Assembly (NCBI GenBank): GCA_951406725.2
Contig: OX597830.1
Location: 4,402,001-4,466,000, forward strand
From: Octopus vulgaris
Lineage: Eukaryota
Length of the DNA: 64,000 nucleotides
Direction of reading: 5' to 3'
Shown here in pieces: positions 1 through 13,440 of the stretch. Position numbers and translations under genes: made by a program. The notes under the pieces were generated by a model. The model had not been told where the DNA came from. It saw only the letters and a list, made by a program, of their open reading frames with translations, and made no database searches. Each line of letters begins with the position of its first letter. Position 1 is the first letter of the stretch.

Positions 1-96
1 ATACACACATACATATGTATAACCTTATATATTCACACAAACACATGCATACATGTGTGTGTATGTATATATATATATGCACATGTGTATGTGTGA

Positions 97-127
<31 letters not shown>

Positions 128-1594
128 CACGCACACACACACACATATACACTTCCTCAACTCATAAATAAATATCAGCAAAATAAAAAGAAATGTTTGA
201 AAAATATTCCTATTACTTTGATACTGACTGCTTTGGTCAACAAACTGGAATATAAGAATTCCCCAACTTATGAAATGTGTTATTTTCTAAATAGTCTCTT
301 GGAATGTTACCAAGTATCCAATAGAGAAAAAGGAAAAGAAAAAAAAGAAACGAATGGGAGTGTATTATTATTCATTTCATTTTCCTATAAATATTTTATC
401 TCAATCAGAATTCCAGTCAGAAATTTGCCAGATCTCAATAAATAGCTATTTATCTTGTTCAAACTTATCATACAACAAAAATGTCATCGATACTTTCTTT
501 AAATGTTAGCTGCTTAAATACATTGGAAATGGTTAGCCAGAAAACCTAAAACTCTGTTGATCAAATACTTTTCAAATCATGGATGGGGTTTCAAGTTGTT
601 TCTTTTACTTTTGTTTTCTTTACTCTTAACAACATGAAACAGCAATGTTAATGTGATGTGAGATCTTCTCTTTAGAGATTGGATGTATTTCTGAAACACA
701 TACACATATAAATGTGACTGTATAGATGGACATGCATGAGTGCTTAGCACCGGTTCTTACTGCCATACCATTATTTCTAGTTGTTGTTCAGGCATTTGGA
801 CTTAGAGATTTTTAGCAGACTCTTACATTAGGTGATGAAGCAAAATGCAAAAATAAAAATTCCATAATTTAATCATCCTCCTTACATCATAACATGGCTG
901 TGTGGTTAAGAAGTTTGATTTGCAGCCAAAGTGTTTTGAGTTCAGTCCCACAGCAGGGTGCCATAGGTGCCTTGTACCATAGCTTTATACCCCTGAGTCA
1001 GTGAGTAGATTTGGTCTATGGGAATTCAAAGAAGCCCCTCACACACATGCATGCATAAATGCACACATATAAATGAGTGTGTTGTGTCTCTATGTCTTGA
1101 TATTACTTGCTAATTGTAAACAAAAATCATTGTCATACAAGTTTGTCATGCATTTGCTGACAGTGTTCTATTAAAACATGTCTGGTCATTGTGCTATTTA
1201 TGTTCATAGGATTAGCTGAAATATTTGCCTGCTGGGAAACAAGTGAGGGTTAGCAACAGGAAGAGCATCCAGCCAAAGAAAATCTGCCTCAATAAATTTG
1301 GTCTGACACATTTAAGCATAGAAAAGTGAACATTAAGATGATGATGACAATGTGTTCTGGGGTTGTTTTTAACTCTATAAAACAATATTCCATGCCTGTC
1401 AAAAAGAATAAGGCTTTCTCATTGGAATTTGGACAATAACCATAGATATATCTTTTGCTGAATTTTAGGAAATTGATGCATATATTTACTGTTCCACTTT
1501 CAGATTGAATTTACAATGTACATGGTTTTGTTTTCATTGTTTTAATTCACAAAAACTACTTGTTTGATAATTTTCTAGCATAAGTTTGTGCACC

Positions 1595-1647
<53 letters not shown>

Positions 1648-1659
1648 TAATAATAATGT

Positions 1660-1846
1660 GAGGAAGGGACTAGTTGATTACACTGACTCCAGTCCTCAAT
1701 ACCTGATACTCATTTCATCGCCCCCCCCCTCCCAAGGACGAAAGGCAAAGCTGATCGTGGCAGAATTTGAAGTCAAAAAGTAACGATGGATGAAATACCA
1801 TTAAGCATCTTCACTAGAAGGCTGATAGTTCTGCAGCTTGTTGCCT
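1660..1846 (-). mobile_element. SINE family B, diverged, in (AAT)n
   Basis: ggacgaaaggcaaagctgatc...gaatttgaagtca. Confidence 0.65.
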
Positions 1847-1860
1847 TAATAATAATAATC

Positions 1861-1897
<37 letters not shown>

Positions 1898-2457
1898 TAA
1901 GCCCTGATGCAGTACCAGAGAGTGGCTCTCATGGCTTCTGATCTTAACTGTTTTAGGGTGAACAAGGGTATTTTGGGTTATGTATTCCTTTGAGATTGTT
2001 TTGTCTTGGTATAAAAGATGGCCTACAGCAAATATTCTGCTCAGTAACATGAGATATGCTTGTCAATTGTTTGACCTTAACCAGTTGAACATGTCCCTTA
2101 ATAACTGATATGTGCACCTCTGATCACGAATAGAAGTAGTGGGGAAGCATCATAGCTATGTGTTGAAAGTTCTTTGGGGTTTGGATAATTCACCTTTGGA
2201 GACATGGGTGTTTTATTCTAGGGACATTTTGAATGGGATGGGCTGCTTGACCTGAAGAAAATTCTAACTGGGCTCCACCTGCAAGGTCATGCACCTGTTT
2301 ATCTTCATATGAGATCACCATGTTGCGTACATATTGTTGTGATGCATGTGCCTAGTGTACCCTTATCAGACGGGTAGTCATGATGGGTATACTGGGCTTC
2401 GTATATTTTACCCCAGTGTCAATTTGATGGCATGCACTGCTCTCTCACTCAATAATA

Positions 2458-2672
2458 ATTGTCTCAAATTTTGCCAAAGGGCAGCAATTTGGGGGGAGGG
2501 GAGGAGTTGATTACATTGACCTCAGTGTTTAACTGGTACTTATTTTATCAACCCTAGAAAGATGAAAGGCAAAGTTGACCTCCACAGAATTTGAACTCAG
2601 AATGTGAAGATGGATGAAATACTGCTAAGCATTTTGCCCATTGTGCTAACAATTCTGCCAGCTTGCCACCTT
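2458..2672 (-). mobile_element. SINE family B in (AAT)n
   Basis: gatgaaaggcaaagttgacc...gaatttgaactcagaa...ttctgccagcttgccacctt. Confidence 0.8.
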
Positions 2673-3625
2673 AATAATAATAATAATAATAATAATAGTA
2701 TAGTCCAGGATAAAGAATCTGTAATTTCTGAAGTAGGTGTCCATAAATGTTCCTCTTTATCATTGTTATTGTTGAGTCTCAAATTAGCTTTAATTAAGTT
2801 GGTCAATTATAAAGGCATTCCAGTTGTTGTCATTCCATCAATTTGTATACCTATGATTTGCTTCTGCAATGAATCCATTTTATTAGAGTGGTCAAGTATG
2901 AGATGAGGGAGCTTTGTTTCCTATTTCTAGCAAGTCACCCAACTATATAGATAGCCTCTTAGTCAGCCTCTTCAACCGTGCCACCAACTTTCTATGTGAT
3001 GTTCATAGCCACAGGCCAGCAGTTATTTCTATGACAGCAAAGGTTGTTTTTTTTTCTTTCACCATCTTTACTCTCAGATGACTTTGTTGGATCCGTTTGT
3101 GTTTAGATCAAGTTTTGATTGCAATATTCTACTAATGTGTTTTTTCTAATGAAAGATACACAAGTATTCTACATCAGTAGTGGTTCCGACACTTATTCCT
3201 AACCATTCTTTCCTATTGATGGCAGCATTCTATGCTGTTTCTATAGAAAAATCTCAGTTCAAAGGAACGTAATACTTTAATGGTATATTTGGAGAGTCGG
3301 TGATTATATAGTTGTCTCTTTTCTAGGAACTTGCACAGTTAACATATACACTGGTACACGGGGTGCTTAAGGCCTTCACTCGGTGTTTATGGCAATACAA
3401 GTCTACATTAATATAACAAAAATTGAACCATATTGATTAATACTTGATGTGTGAGAGCAGTATACAAAAAGTCCTTAATAATGTACACACGTTTGTGTGT
3501 TTATACATATGTGTGTGTGTATACAATACACATATATGTGTGTTGAGTGTATGTGTGTATATATGTATATGTGTGAATGCCTATATACTACATATATATA
3601 CACATATATATATATATATATATAT

Positions 3626-4020
3626 AAGGTGGTGAGCTGGCAGAAACATTAGCACGCCGGGCGAAATGCCCAGTGGTATTTCTTCTGCGTTACGTTGTGA
3701 GTTCAAATTCCGCCAAGGTCGACTTTGCCTTTCATCCTTTCGGGGTCGATAAATTAAGTACCAGTTACGCACTGGGGTCGATATAATCGACTTAATACCT
3801 ATGTCTGTCCTTGTTTGTCCCCTCTGTGTTTAGCTCCTTGTGGGTAATAAAGAAATAGGTATTTCTTCTGTTTTTATGTTCTAAGTTCAAATTCTGCAGA
3901 GGTCGACTTTGCCTTTCATCCTTTCAGGGTCGATAAATAAAGTACCAGTTGCTTACTGGGTCGATGTAATCGACTGGCCCTTCCTCAAAGGTTTTAGGCC
4001 TTATGCCTAGAGTAGAAAAG
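3626..4020 (+). mobile_element. SINE family B tandem pair (MetaSINE-like core)
   Basis: Head gagctggcagaa...gagttcaaattcc; core gactttgcctttcatcctttcggggtcgataaa..agtaccag; second unit from 3858 with a different tail. Confidence 0.85.
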
Positions 4021-4030
4021 TATATACATA

Positions 4031-4087
<57 letters not shown>

Positions 4088-4134
4088 CACACACACACTT
4101 ATGTGTGTGTGTATGTATGCATGCATGTGTGTGT

Positions 4135-4396
4135 GTGAAGGCATGTGGCTTAGTGGTTAGGGTATTCAACTCATGTGGTCATGAGTTCAATTCCCAGTGG
4201 CACATGTCCTTGAGCAAGACACTTTATTTCACGTTGCTCCTGTCCACTCAGCTGGCAAAAATGAGTTGTACCGGTAATTCAAAAGGGTACACGTGTCAGT
4301 GGAGTGCTCAGCCACATACACATTAATTTCATGAGCAGGTTGTTCCATTGATCATATCAGCTGGGACCCTAATCATTGTAACTGACGGAGTGCCAT
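4135..4396 (+). mobile_element. SINE family D (tRNA-like head)
   Basis: gtgaaggcatgtggcttagtggttag...gagttcaattccc...gtccttgagcaagacacttt...ccactcagctggcaaaaatgagt. Confidence 0.78.
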
Positions 4397-4427
4397 ATCT
4401 ATATATCTATCTATCTATCTATCTATC

Positions 4428-4467
<40 letters not shown>

Positions 4468-4823
4468 TACAGTAGGCTTCCTTCAGTTTCCAACTACCAA
4501 ATCCATTCACAAGGTTTTGGTTGGTCTAAAGCTATAGGTAGAACACACTTTCCCATGGTGCCAAGCAGTGAGACTGAACTCAGAACCATGTGGTTGAGAA
4601 GAAAGCTTCTTACCACACAGCCACACCTGTGCCTACAGGTGTGCCTGTATTTCTGTATATTTGTGATAAGAATGTCAACTGACCGAACTCCTAGAGATTC
4701 TCCTACCAGCCAAATTTCATATCACCAACACTACACCTATCTCTCAATGACTCAATCATGCTAAAAATGAATAAGCACTATAAGTAGGTAGACTTCTCCA
4801 TAGTAAATAGCATTAGTCTAAAT

Positions 4824-5154
4824 CAGGGATTCTCAACAATTTTTTTACCTATGGACTCCTTTCATTACTATTTTATTCTAGTGGACCCTCATTCGATGTT
4901 TAAAAACTGGTTTTATAGAAACTTCTTTCAAACCTCCTCCTTTGTTTTTGACTCATTAACTTGTGTAGGTTGAATTATGTAACATGTTGGAGAAACGAAC
5001 TTTGCTGTTTCTTGCAATATATACCAATACAACATTTTTTCAAGGGCTCTTAAAATACTATTGTGGATCTCCAGTTTACTATTCTGTTGCATGGGGTCCC
5101 CAAAATCCTATATGGAGCCTCAGAGGCCATATGGACCCCAGTTAAGAACCACTG
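4824..5154. mobile_element. hAT (Charlie-type) MITE
   Basis: TIRs cagggattctcaac / gttaagaaccactg; decayed 8-bp TSD gtctaaat / gtcgaagt. Confidence 0.75.
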
Positions 5155-5802
5155 GTCGAAGTAGTGTGCATTGCTCCCCGCTTTAGATAGCCAAAGTCAT
5201 AATTCTTATATAGATTTACAAAACGGAAGAACATATATATTTTAGCATTACATAATTAATTGTGCAAATTCTAATTAAACTTTACATCCAGAATCTAATA
5301 AATCTTCATCTATTCCAAGCCTACAACTGCAATATGTAGCAATGCATCTGTATTTCCAATTAATTCCACTGACAACTACAATGGCTCCATTAGTTCCATT
5401 GTAATAACGGGCAAAAACCTATAAAAATGTAATAACTTTTCAAATAAATCTATTTTCTAGGCAATAATAATTTTGAAAATTTGGATATTTTAAAGAATTC
5501 TTGCAGTAGACGATTTTACAACTCACTACTGTGACTAATTTTATTTATTTGTTTGTTTTTAAACATTTCAAAGTAATTGATATGTGTTACCATAGTAACA
5601 TAAACAATGTCACAGCATGTTGGGCATTGAGCTGATATTGTCACTTAATCATTTGTTAATTATATTTTATATTGCAATTAGAGAACAATAATGCTTCTAG
5701 TTCCAAGTTTCCCCACCTAATAGTCCAATCACTGAGTCATGGCATTTCCGACAGCAGTACCACTGACAAGGGAGTGTCTGTAACTCAATTCAGAACAAAT
5801 AT

Positions 5803-5840
<38 letters not shown>

Positions 5841-6102
5841 TACGGGTTTCTTTTCTGCTTCTGTCTAACAAATCCACAGACAAGGCTTTGGTCAACCCAA
5901 AGCTACGGAACAAGACACTTGCCTGAGGTGCCAGACAGTTGGATTGAATCAGGGATCATGGGGTTAAGATGCAAATCTCTTATGACACAGTCACACTTGT
6001 GTCTATATTAAAGCAAATAATTATATTAAATACAAACAAACGAGATTCTTGTCAAGTAACTACATTCTATATTCCAGAAATCTTATCACTTTTCTTTTGA
6101 TA

Positions 6103-6138
<36 letters not shown>

Positions 6139-7410
6139 AGTTGTGGATGAATATTTTAAAAGCATGCATGACACTGGGCTCATACTTAATGCAAGTAACG
6201 GTGATGTGAGCAGTTCAAAGAAGTACTAAAAATGTATTTTATTTTAAAATCTAATATAAAATAGATATATTCTCACACTCTACAAGAATTAAAAAGAGTG
6301 ATCTGAGAATAGCACAGAACATATTTTTACCATCTGTTGACTGAAAAACTAATTAACTTCAAATTTTACTTCTGAGGGATTTTTAGATAAGAATAGGTAA
6401 GACTTTACGCCTGTTATCTCATACAAGTTAATGTATCACTTCACTTGACTTTAAAATTTAATTTAATCTCTGTTTTTTCAATCTCTGCAGATAAAATTTA
6501 TAAATGGTTTATCTTCATTTATCCTGTGTCTTGTAGCTCAGACGACATACATATATATTTTGAGGAAAGGAAACAAAACAAAAATAAACTTAGTGTAAAA
6601 AGGAAGTAAGACAAATAAAATAATGTTAGAAGAGTAACAGTTTTGGTTTCCTGTAGTAACATTCTTTGTTTTTATAGAGACATGCATCTGTTGAATGGTT
6701 TTACAGGCGACTTCAGACGGTAACAAGTCACTTCTCTTATCCTTTAGACTGAGTTGATTATGACTGTTATTTTTGAAAGATAACTCAACTAAGCTGAATG
6801 AAATTTCTTGCTAAAGAGGGTGGGAAACTTGTCTGTCTGTCTGTATGTGTCAGAGTAAATTGTTATCAAATTGATGAAAACAACACAAAATGGTTTCAGA
6901 ATTTACTTTCTGTCTGAAGCATCAAGGGAATTGCAAGCCATTCTATCTTCCTATTGACTTATGATTCTGTTTCATGTAAAATATGTAGTACTCAATATCC
7001 ACGTTTCTGTTAGTTATTAGCTTAACCAGTAGAGATTCTTGTCAACATTCATCAAATGACTTGATTTATGTTTATTACCATCTGCTCCAAACATCATTCA
7101 CTTAATTCTTTTGTTACCATTGTCTCTCTTGAAATACACTGCCTTCAATTAAAAAAAAAAAAACAAGAAGGAATTTAATGAAATACTCTTGCCCTTTCGA
7201 AATTGGTGTTATGAAAATTTGATGAAAGGTTTCAATTTCGATTGACTTAGAACAGTTTCAGTCAGTTTGGCATCAAAAGGATGAATCCTGAATGCCATCT
7301 TTGAAGTAGCAAAAGAAATACTGTATTTAGAACTAATACTATTCAAAAGACAAATTTAAAAAAACGGAATTTAATAATGTAATTATCTTCATAGATGTCA
7401 TTATCATACT

Positions 7411-7506
<96 letters not shown>

Positions 7507-7521
7507 GTATATATGTATATA

Positions 7522-7553
<32 letters not shown>

Positions 7554-7810
7554 CATGATGGACCCTCCCGTTAGAGTTGTCAACCTTTGCTGAACGACCA
7601 GCACAAATGGTTTGTTTCTAGTGATCAAATGTATTTTCTGTACATTAGCTCACTGCTGGAATCGGTGCACAGTGTGCCACGTGTCAAGTGTTGAAGTGAT
7701 TGCAGAGCAATGTGACATGAAGTGTTCTGCTCAAGAACACAATTCACCGCCCGGTCTAGGAATTGAAACCACAATTGTGATTATAACATGGTAACCACTG
7801 GGCCATTCGT

Positions 7811-7845
<35 letters not shown>

Positions 7846-7846
<1 letters not shown>

Positions 7847-8010
7847 TCTTTTATCTGTTTCAGTCATGAGACTGGCCATGCAGGGGCACTGCCTTGAAGA
7901 ATTTTAGTCAAACACATTGACCCCAGTACTATAACTTTTTTTTACCAAACTGCTAAGTTACAGGAACGAAAACACCAACATCGCATGGTGGTGGAGGCCA
8001 ATACACTCTT

Positions 8011-8045
<35 letters not shown>

Positions 8046-8195
8046 TATACACACACAATTGGCTTCTTGAAGTTCTGTCTATGAAATTCACTTTCAAGGC
8101 TTTATTCAACCCAGGGCTATAATAGAAGACAAGTGCCCAAGGTATGATGCAGTGGCAACCATGTGCTGGGAAGCAAGCTTTTCACCACATGGCCA
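7846..8195 (-). mobile_element. SINE family A, diverged
   Basis: tgtttcagtcat...ggctataatagaagacaagtgcccaagg...accacatggccac. Confidence 0.7.
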
Positions 8196-8208
8196 CACCG
8201 ACACCTAC

Positions 8209-8255
<47 letters not shown>

Positions 8256-8439
8256 ATATATATATATATGTATGTATATATATATATATATATACATACA
8301 CACACACACACGCACACACAGTTCTTTAATAGAAACAGTTCCTTGCATTTGACAGTTTCTTTTAATATCAAGTTATTTCTTATCTCTGTCTCCAGTCTAG
8401 TTCCACACTTCATTTTAATATTTAACTGAAACTATACTG

Positions 8440-8483
<44 letters not shown>

Positions 8484-8942
8484 CATCATCATCATCGTTA
8501 TTATATAAACATTTTTTTTCTTTTTTTTTTTGCCAGAGAGTTATTAACACCATTTCATTGATTCTTTGTTGTTTGTAATGACTTGCTGAAATTGACAATG
8601 CTGTCTTACTCAGCCATGTTAGTGACGATAATATTGAGACTGGAATCCATGTTCAGGGCCAATCAGTCGTGCTAGTATTCACAACTAACCTTAACGTCTT
8701 TGAACTTTCTAACCACAATTTACTGACAACAACACATCTAAAATGTAATTTATAATTTAAACGTTCAATTGAAGTTTTAAATCGGCAACTTTTATATCTG
8801 ATATCAGCTTTGTGCGAGATTATTATATTAAATACGAACACTCTGTGTCCTCATAGAACTATATTCCAGATTCCCAGGAGAGTTTTTATCACCTATATTT
8901 ATTGAACTCACATCCATTCTTCTTTTCCTTATTATTATTACT

Positions 8943-9155
8943 AAAGAGACAAGTTGGTAGAATTGTTATGGCATCAGGCAAAATGCTCAGTGGCATGGCT
9001 TCTGACTATGTTCAGAGTTCAAATGCCACAGAGATTGAATTTGCTTTTCATCCTTTCAGGGTTGATAAAATAAGTACCAGTTGAGTACTGGGGGTGAATG
9101 TAATTGATTTATCTCCTTCCCCCAAATTTCAGGCCTTGTGCCTATAGTTGAAAGA
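8943..9155 (+). mobile_element. SINE family B (tail type ii)
   Basis: Core plus aaatttcaggccttgtgcctatag tail. Confidence 0.75.
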
Positions 9156-9227
9156 GTTGTTGTTGTTGTTCTTCTTCTTCTTCTTATTATTATTATTATT
9201 ATTATTTTTATTATTTTTATTATTATT

Positions 9228-9402
9228 CAGTAGTCTTATTTTTATCACATGCTTTCACTGCACTACCGAGTGTAGTTCTGTGTGTCTTGGGTATGTGCTG
9301 TGGTTTGTTATTTTCACTGTATTGAAAGTGTTTTATGTAGAATGTGTGCAGTGCCTAGTAGTGCTATTTTCTGTGTTATATATTCTTGTAAATCCTGGAG
9401 TT
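9228..9402 (-). mobile_element. 3' end of an R4/Dong-like (RLE) non-LTR retrotransposon in (ATT)n
   Basis: Minus strand encodes QKIALLGTAHILHKTLSIQ*, the typical R4/Dong C-terminus; both flanks are (ATT)n. Confidence 0.75.
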
Positions 9403-9427
9403 TATGTTGTTATTATTATTATGCTAT

Positions 9428-9485
<58 letters not shown>

Positions 9486-10485
9486 GTTGCTGTTGTTATT
9501 TTTATTTTGGTACCTGAAGAATTTATATAACTTCAGTATGAGAAATGTCAAGCAGTAAATATATTTTTGTTATAGTGTTTAGGTTTATTGAAATTTCATC
9601 AGAGAATGGTTAACAGGAATAATCTGGATTGCATCTGCCTGAACATTTTCTAGCTGCTATCAGAAGCACTTTGGTTTCCACACATTTTGAAATCTTAAGC
9701 ATCTCTTGAATTTTATTTTGGTTTTACATTCTAAATTTTTGATTGTAAATATTTTCAAAAAAATATTTTGAAATTTTGGTTATTTTTTTATTGCTGCTGT
9801 TCTTTAACGTGTGAAAAAGATATTACGAGAACTGTCAGGAATTTCAAGAGAGGAATATGAGACATTTACTCTTGGTAAATGAATTTAGGAAAACATGACT
9901 AAAAGCAAGTTTACACCTAATTTAGCAATTACCACATGATCATACTTAATTACAATCTATTTATTATGCCTGTCAGGTTTAAACTGGAACACCATACGTG
10001 TACTGGGCAGGCAAAAAGAAGATGCCAAATTCTGTCAAATACAAGAAACACCTCAATAACATTATTAATGTTCATTTAGAAATTTTACCTTATAAAATTT
10101 TATAATTCTGAACTGTTCTTTTGTGTGTTTAAACCATGAAGGTTAAGACAATATTTGCTTAATTATTCTCTTGCTAATTACTCATTTTTTAGTTTTTATT
10201 TTATATCAGGAATCCTTAAATTAATTTCTGAAAGTTTATTCCAAGATTCATTTGGCAGGATTGGTTTTCATGCATCAATTTTTTTTCTCTATCTTGTAGA
10301 ATTCAAATTGCCAGAATCTTTGGCAGTTCTGGTTTTTGCTTTGCTAAGAGTTCAATTGATGCTAAGGTTAAATTTATTTTTCTGTGGTTGAAAAGTACTA
10401 GTCATACTCTAGGGTTAATGTTATCAACAAAACACTCTCCCCTCAAAAGTGATGAGTTGTGTCTAAATCAAGAACCATTACTTAT

Positions 10486-10525
<40 letters not shown>

Positions 10526-10559
10526 CATATATATAACTTTGATAGGTTTCAGTCAGTAT

Positions 10560-11375
10560 AGGCCCAGGCCATGTCTAACTCAATAGCTCCCCCTGGTGAA
10601 GTCTTTTAGGGCACCATAGCCCACTCTAACAAAGAGTTATTATTGTTGGAGACATATCCAGGTGTAGGAGGTTGGTCCGGAATCTCTTGAAGAAGTTTGT
10701 CCAGTGAACATTTGAATTTTAGGGGATCCATTTCCATTTATGACGTATTTTGGTATGGTATTAAAAGTGAGCTGGATTGATTGAGGTAAAGTAATTGTAA
10801 CGTAATGTTGCTATGTGTACCGAGATCGATTTTTGTTGCTGGCAGATAGCATGGGGGCCAAGTCTTGGATGGATTTTAGAATTGATGCCAACATCATTTG
10901 TGCAATATTGATGGAATATTTTCCACATAACACAGAAGATGTAGCGTTTCCGGTAGCATTGGAGAGAGTAGAGATTCCGTTTTTTTTAGTTGACCCCAAT
11001 AATCAATGCCTCTCATCCCACCTATCTTTCTTGTTATGGACCTCTGGAGTGCTTCTACTTTCATAATGAGTTGCTTCATATAAGCAGACCACAGTGGGCA
11101 ACAGTACTCAAGGTGGGAGTCAGGCAAAAGTAGAGTAGAGAAAGATGATGGCGTAGGCATTTCTAGACTGGAAACTTCTCAGAATCCAGGAGCACATCTT
11201 GCGGTCTAAGTCAACTTTGCTGTTTACGTGCGAATTCCAGCATAGATTGTTATCAACAATCACTTCAAGATCTCTGGTATTGTTTCATGACACTAGGGAG
11301 TTGACCGAGGGAAATGCATATGGTATTTTCAGAGTTTCCTCCTTCACAAAGTGGATCAAATCCAACTTATCTTCA
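10560..11375 (-). pseudogene. CR1/L2-group LINE ORF2 C-terminal remnant
   Basis: Frameshifted translation RDLEVIVDNNLCWNSHV...HLEYCCPLWS...KVEALQRSITRKIGGMRGIDYW...LYSLQ..RKRY...WKI. Confidence 0.85.
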
Positions 11376-11394
11376 AAATCGCTGACATGGCCTA

Positions 11395-11795
11395 TGACAG
11401 TACCGCCTCATTGGCACTTGTGCCAGTGGAACATTAAAAGCACCATTCGAGCGTGATTACTGGCACATGTGCCGATGGCATGTGAAAATCATCATTCAAG
11501 CATGGTCGTTGCCAGTGCCACCGGAATGGCTCCCATGCAGGTGGAACTTAAAAAACACCTTTTGAGCATGGTTGTTGCCAGTAACGCCTGATAGACCCTA
11601 GTGCCAGTGGCATGTAAAAGTACCCACTACACTCTCAGAGAGGTTGGCATAAGGAAGGGCACCCAGCTGTAGAAACTTTGCTAGATCAGATTGGAGCTTG
11701 ATGCAGCCTTCTGGTTTGCCAGTCCTCAGTCAAACCATCCAACCCATGCCAGCATGGAAAGCGGATGTTAAATGAAGATGATGATGATGATGATG
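11395..11795 (+). mobile_element. Repeat family C (internal tandem ~55-bp units, (GAT)n tail)
   Basis: Units gtgccagtggca..taaaagcacc; tail ccaacccatgccagcatggaaagcggatgttaaa(tga)n. Confidence 0.8.
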
Positions 11796-11831
11796 TGTAT
11801 ATATATATATAAATATATATATCTATAACTA

Positions 11832-11875
<44 letters not shown>

Positions 11876-11879
11876 GTAT

Positions 11880-11932
<53 letters not shown>

Positions 11933-11953
11933 ATATATATATATATATGTATG

Positions 11954-11986
<33 letters not shown>

Positions 11987-11987
11987 G

Positions 11988-12077
<90 letters not shown>

Positions 12078-12117
12078 TTTTACTCTCTTTACTCTTTTAT
12101 ATATATATATATATATA
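11796..12117. repeat. Compound (TA)n microsatellite (representative of dozens in the window)
   Basis: Direct; other long arrays at 7414-7555, 37438-37762, 54582-54660, 58850-58945. Confidence 0.95.
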
Positions 12118-13070
12118 TAATACAAAATGGGACAAGAACACAAATAATCCAGATTGGTGATACAAAAAAGGGACAACAAAACATCCAGATAGATGATACA
12201 TATATATATGAATATATATACAACACGAAATAATTTTTGTCTCTTTTTATGGAGACAAAAGGGTTGAAAGACTGTAAATGAGACAGAGATAAATAAACAT
12301 AGATCATAGAACGAACATCAAATTCGAGTCAACAACTTTATATATAACACCATACCTCAAACATTTCATCATATAAAAATATCACCATGGTTCTTAAACA
12401 TATAAAAATATACAAAAAACACAAAAGATAAAAATATATATGTGAATAAAATACAAATATATAGAACTACCTATCTAAAATGTAAATATGACTGACTAAA
12501 AATTCATAAAAATTCTAAAGTGTGTCATGCTACTAAAAAACTAAATAAACTAAGATAAAATAAAATGTCAAGCGACTAAAAAAGCTTTGAAAACTTTTTT
12601 TACTCCCCTCACACAAGAGTATGCCCCAAAAGTTCAATTGTTTAAACCAAGGTTTGTTAGAGTCAAGGAGCAAAAAGGGTTCCACAGAATCAATTGGACC
12701 CTAATCTACCATGGTTTAAACAATTGAACTTTTTGGGTATACTTTTGTGTGAGGGGAGTAAAAAAATGTTTTCAAAGCTTCTTTTAGTCGATTGACATTT
12801 TATTTTATCTTAGTTTATTTAGTTTTTGAGTAGCATGACACACTTTAGAATTTTTATGAATTTTTAGTCGGTCATATTTACATTTTAGATAGGTAGTTCT
12901 ATATATTTGTATTTTATTCACATATATATTTTTATCTTTTGTGTTTTTTGTATGTGTATATTTTTATATATTTAAGGACCATGGTAATATTTATATATGA
13001 TTAAATGTTTGTGGGATGGTGTTATATACAAAGTCGTTGACTTGAATTTGATGTTTGTTCTATGATCAAT
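12118..13070. mobile_element. Long fold-back insert (~360-bp arms) with one-sided tail, probable PLE-terminus remnant
   Basis: 12302-12664 is the reverse complement of 12697-13067; unpaired 12118-12300 on the left; (TA)n flanks. Confidence 0.6.
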
Positions 13071-13311
13071 ATTTCTTTATATATATATATATATATATAA
13101 CATATATATTATATACATATATATAATATTTAAAGAAAGGAAGGGTAAAGATACTGGATACTGCCTGCAAAAACTCAAAGCAAAAGCTTCAAATAACCAC
13201 AAATTCTAAGATAAAAACACACACAAGCAATGTAATGAATGTTTTAAAGAGGCATACTTACAGAATGGAATATGAAGGCAGCTAATACATACCCCAGCAT
13301 AAATTGATTTC

Positions 13312-13356
<45 letters not shown>

Positions 13357-13374
13357 CATGTGTATATGTATATA

Positions 13375-13406
<32 letters not shown>

Positions 13407-13440
13407 CTGGAAAAGGTGTGAGATATTTGGTACAGTTGGG

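Noticed and set aside
11395-11630. CRISPR-like repeat-spacer pattern
   Set aside because: Units are wholly homologous degenerate tandem repeats within a dispersed repeat; no unique spacers or cas genes.
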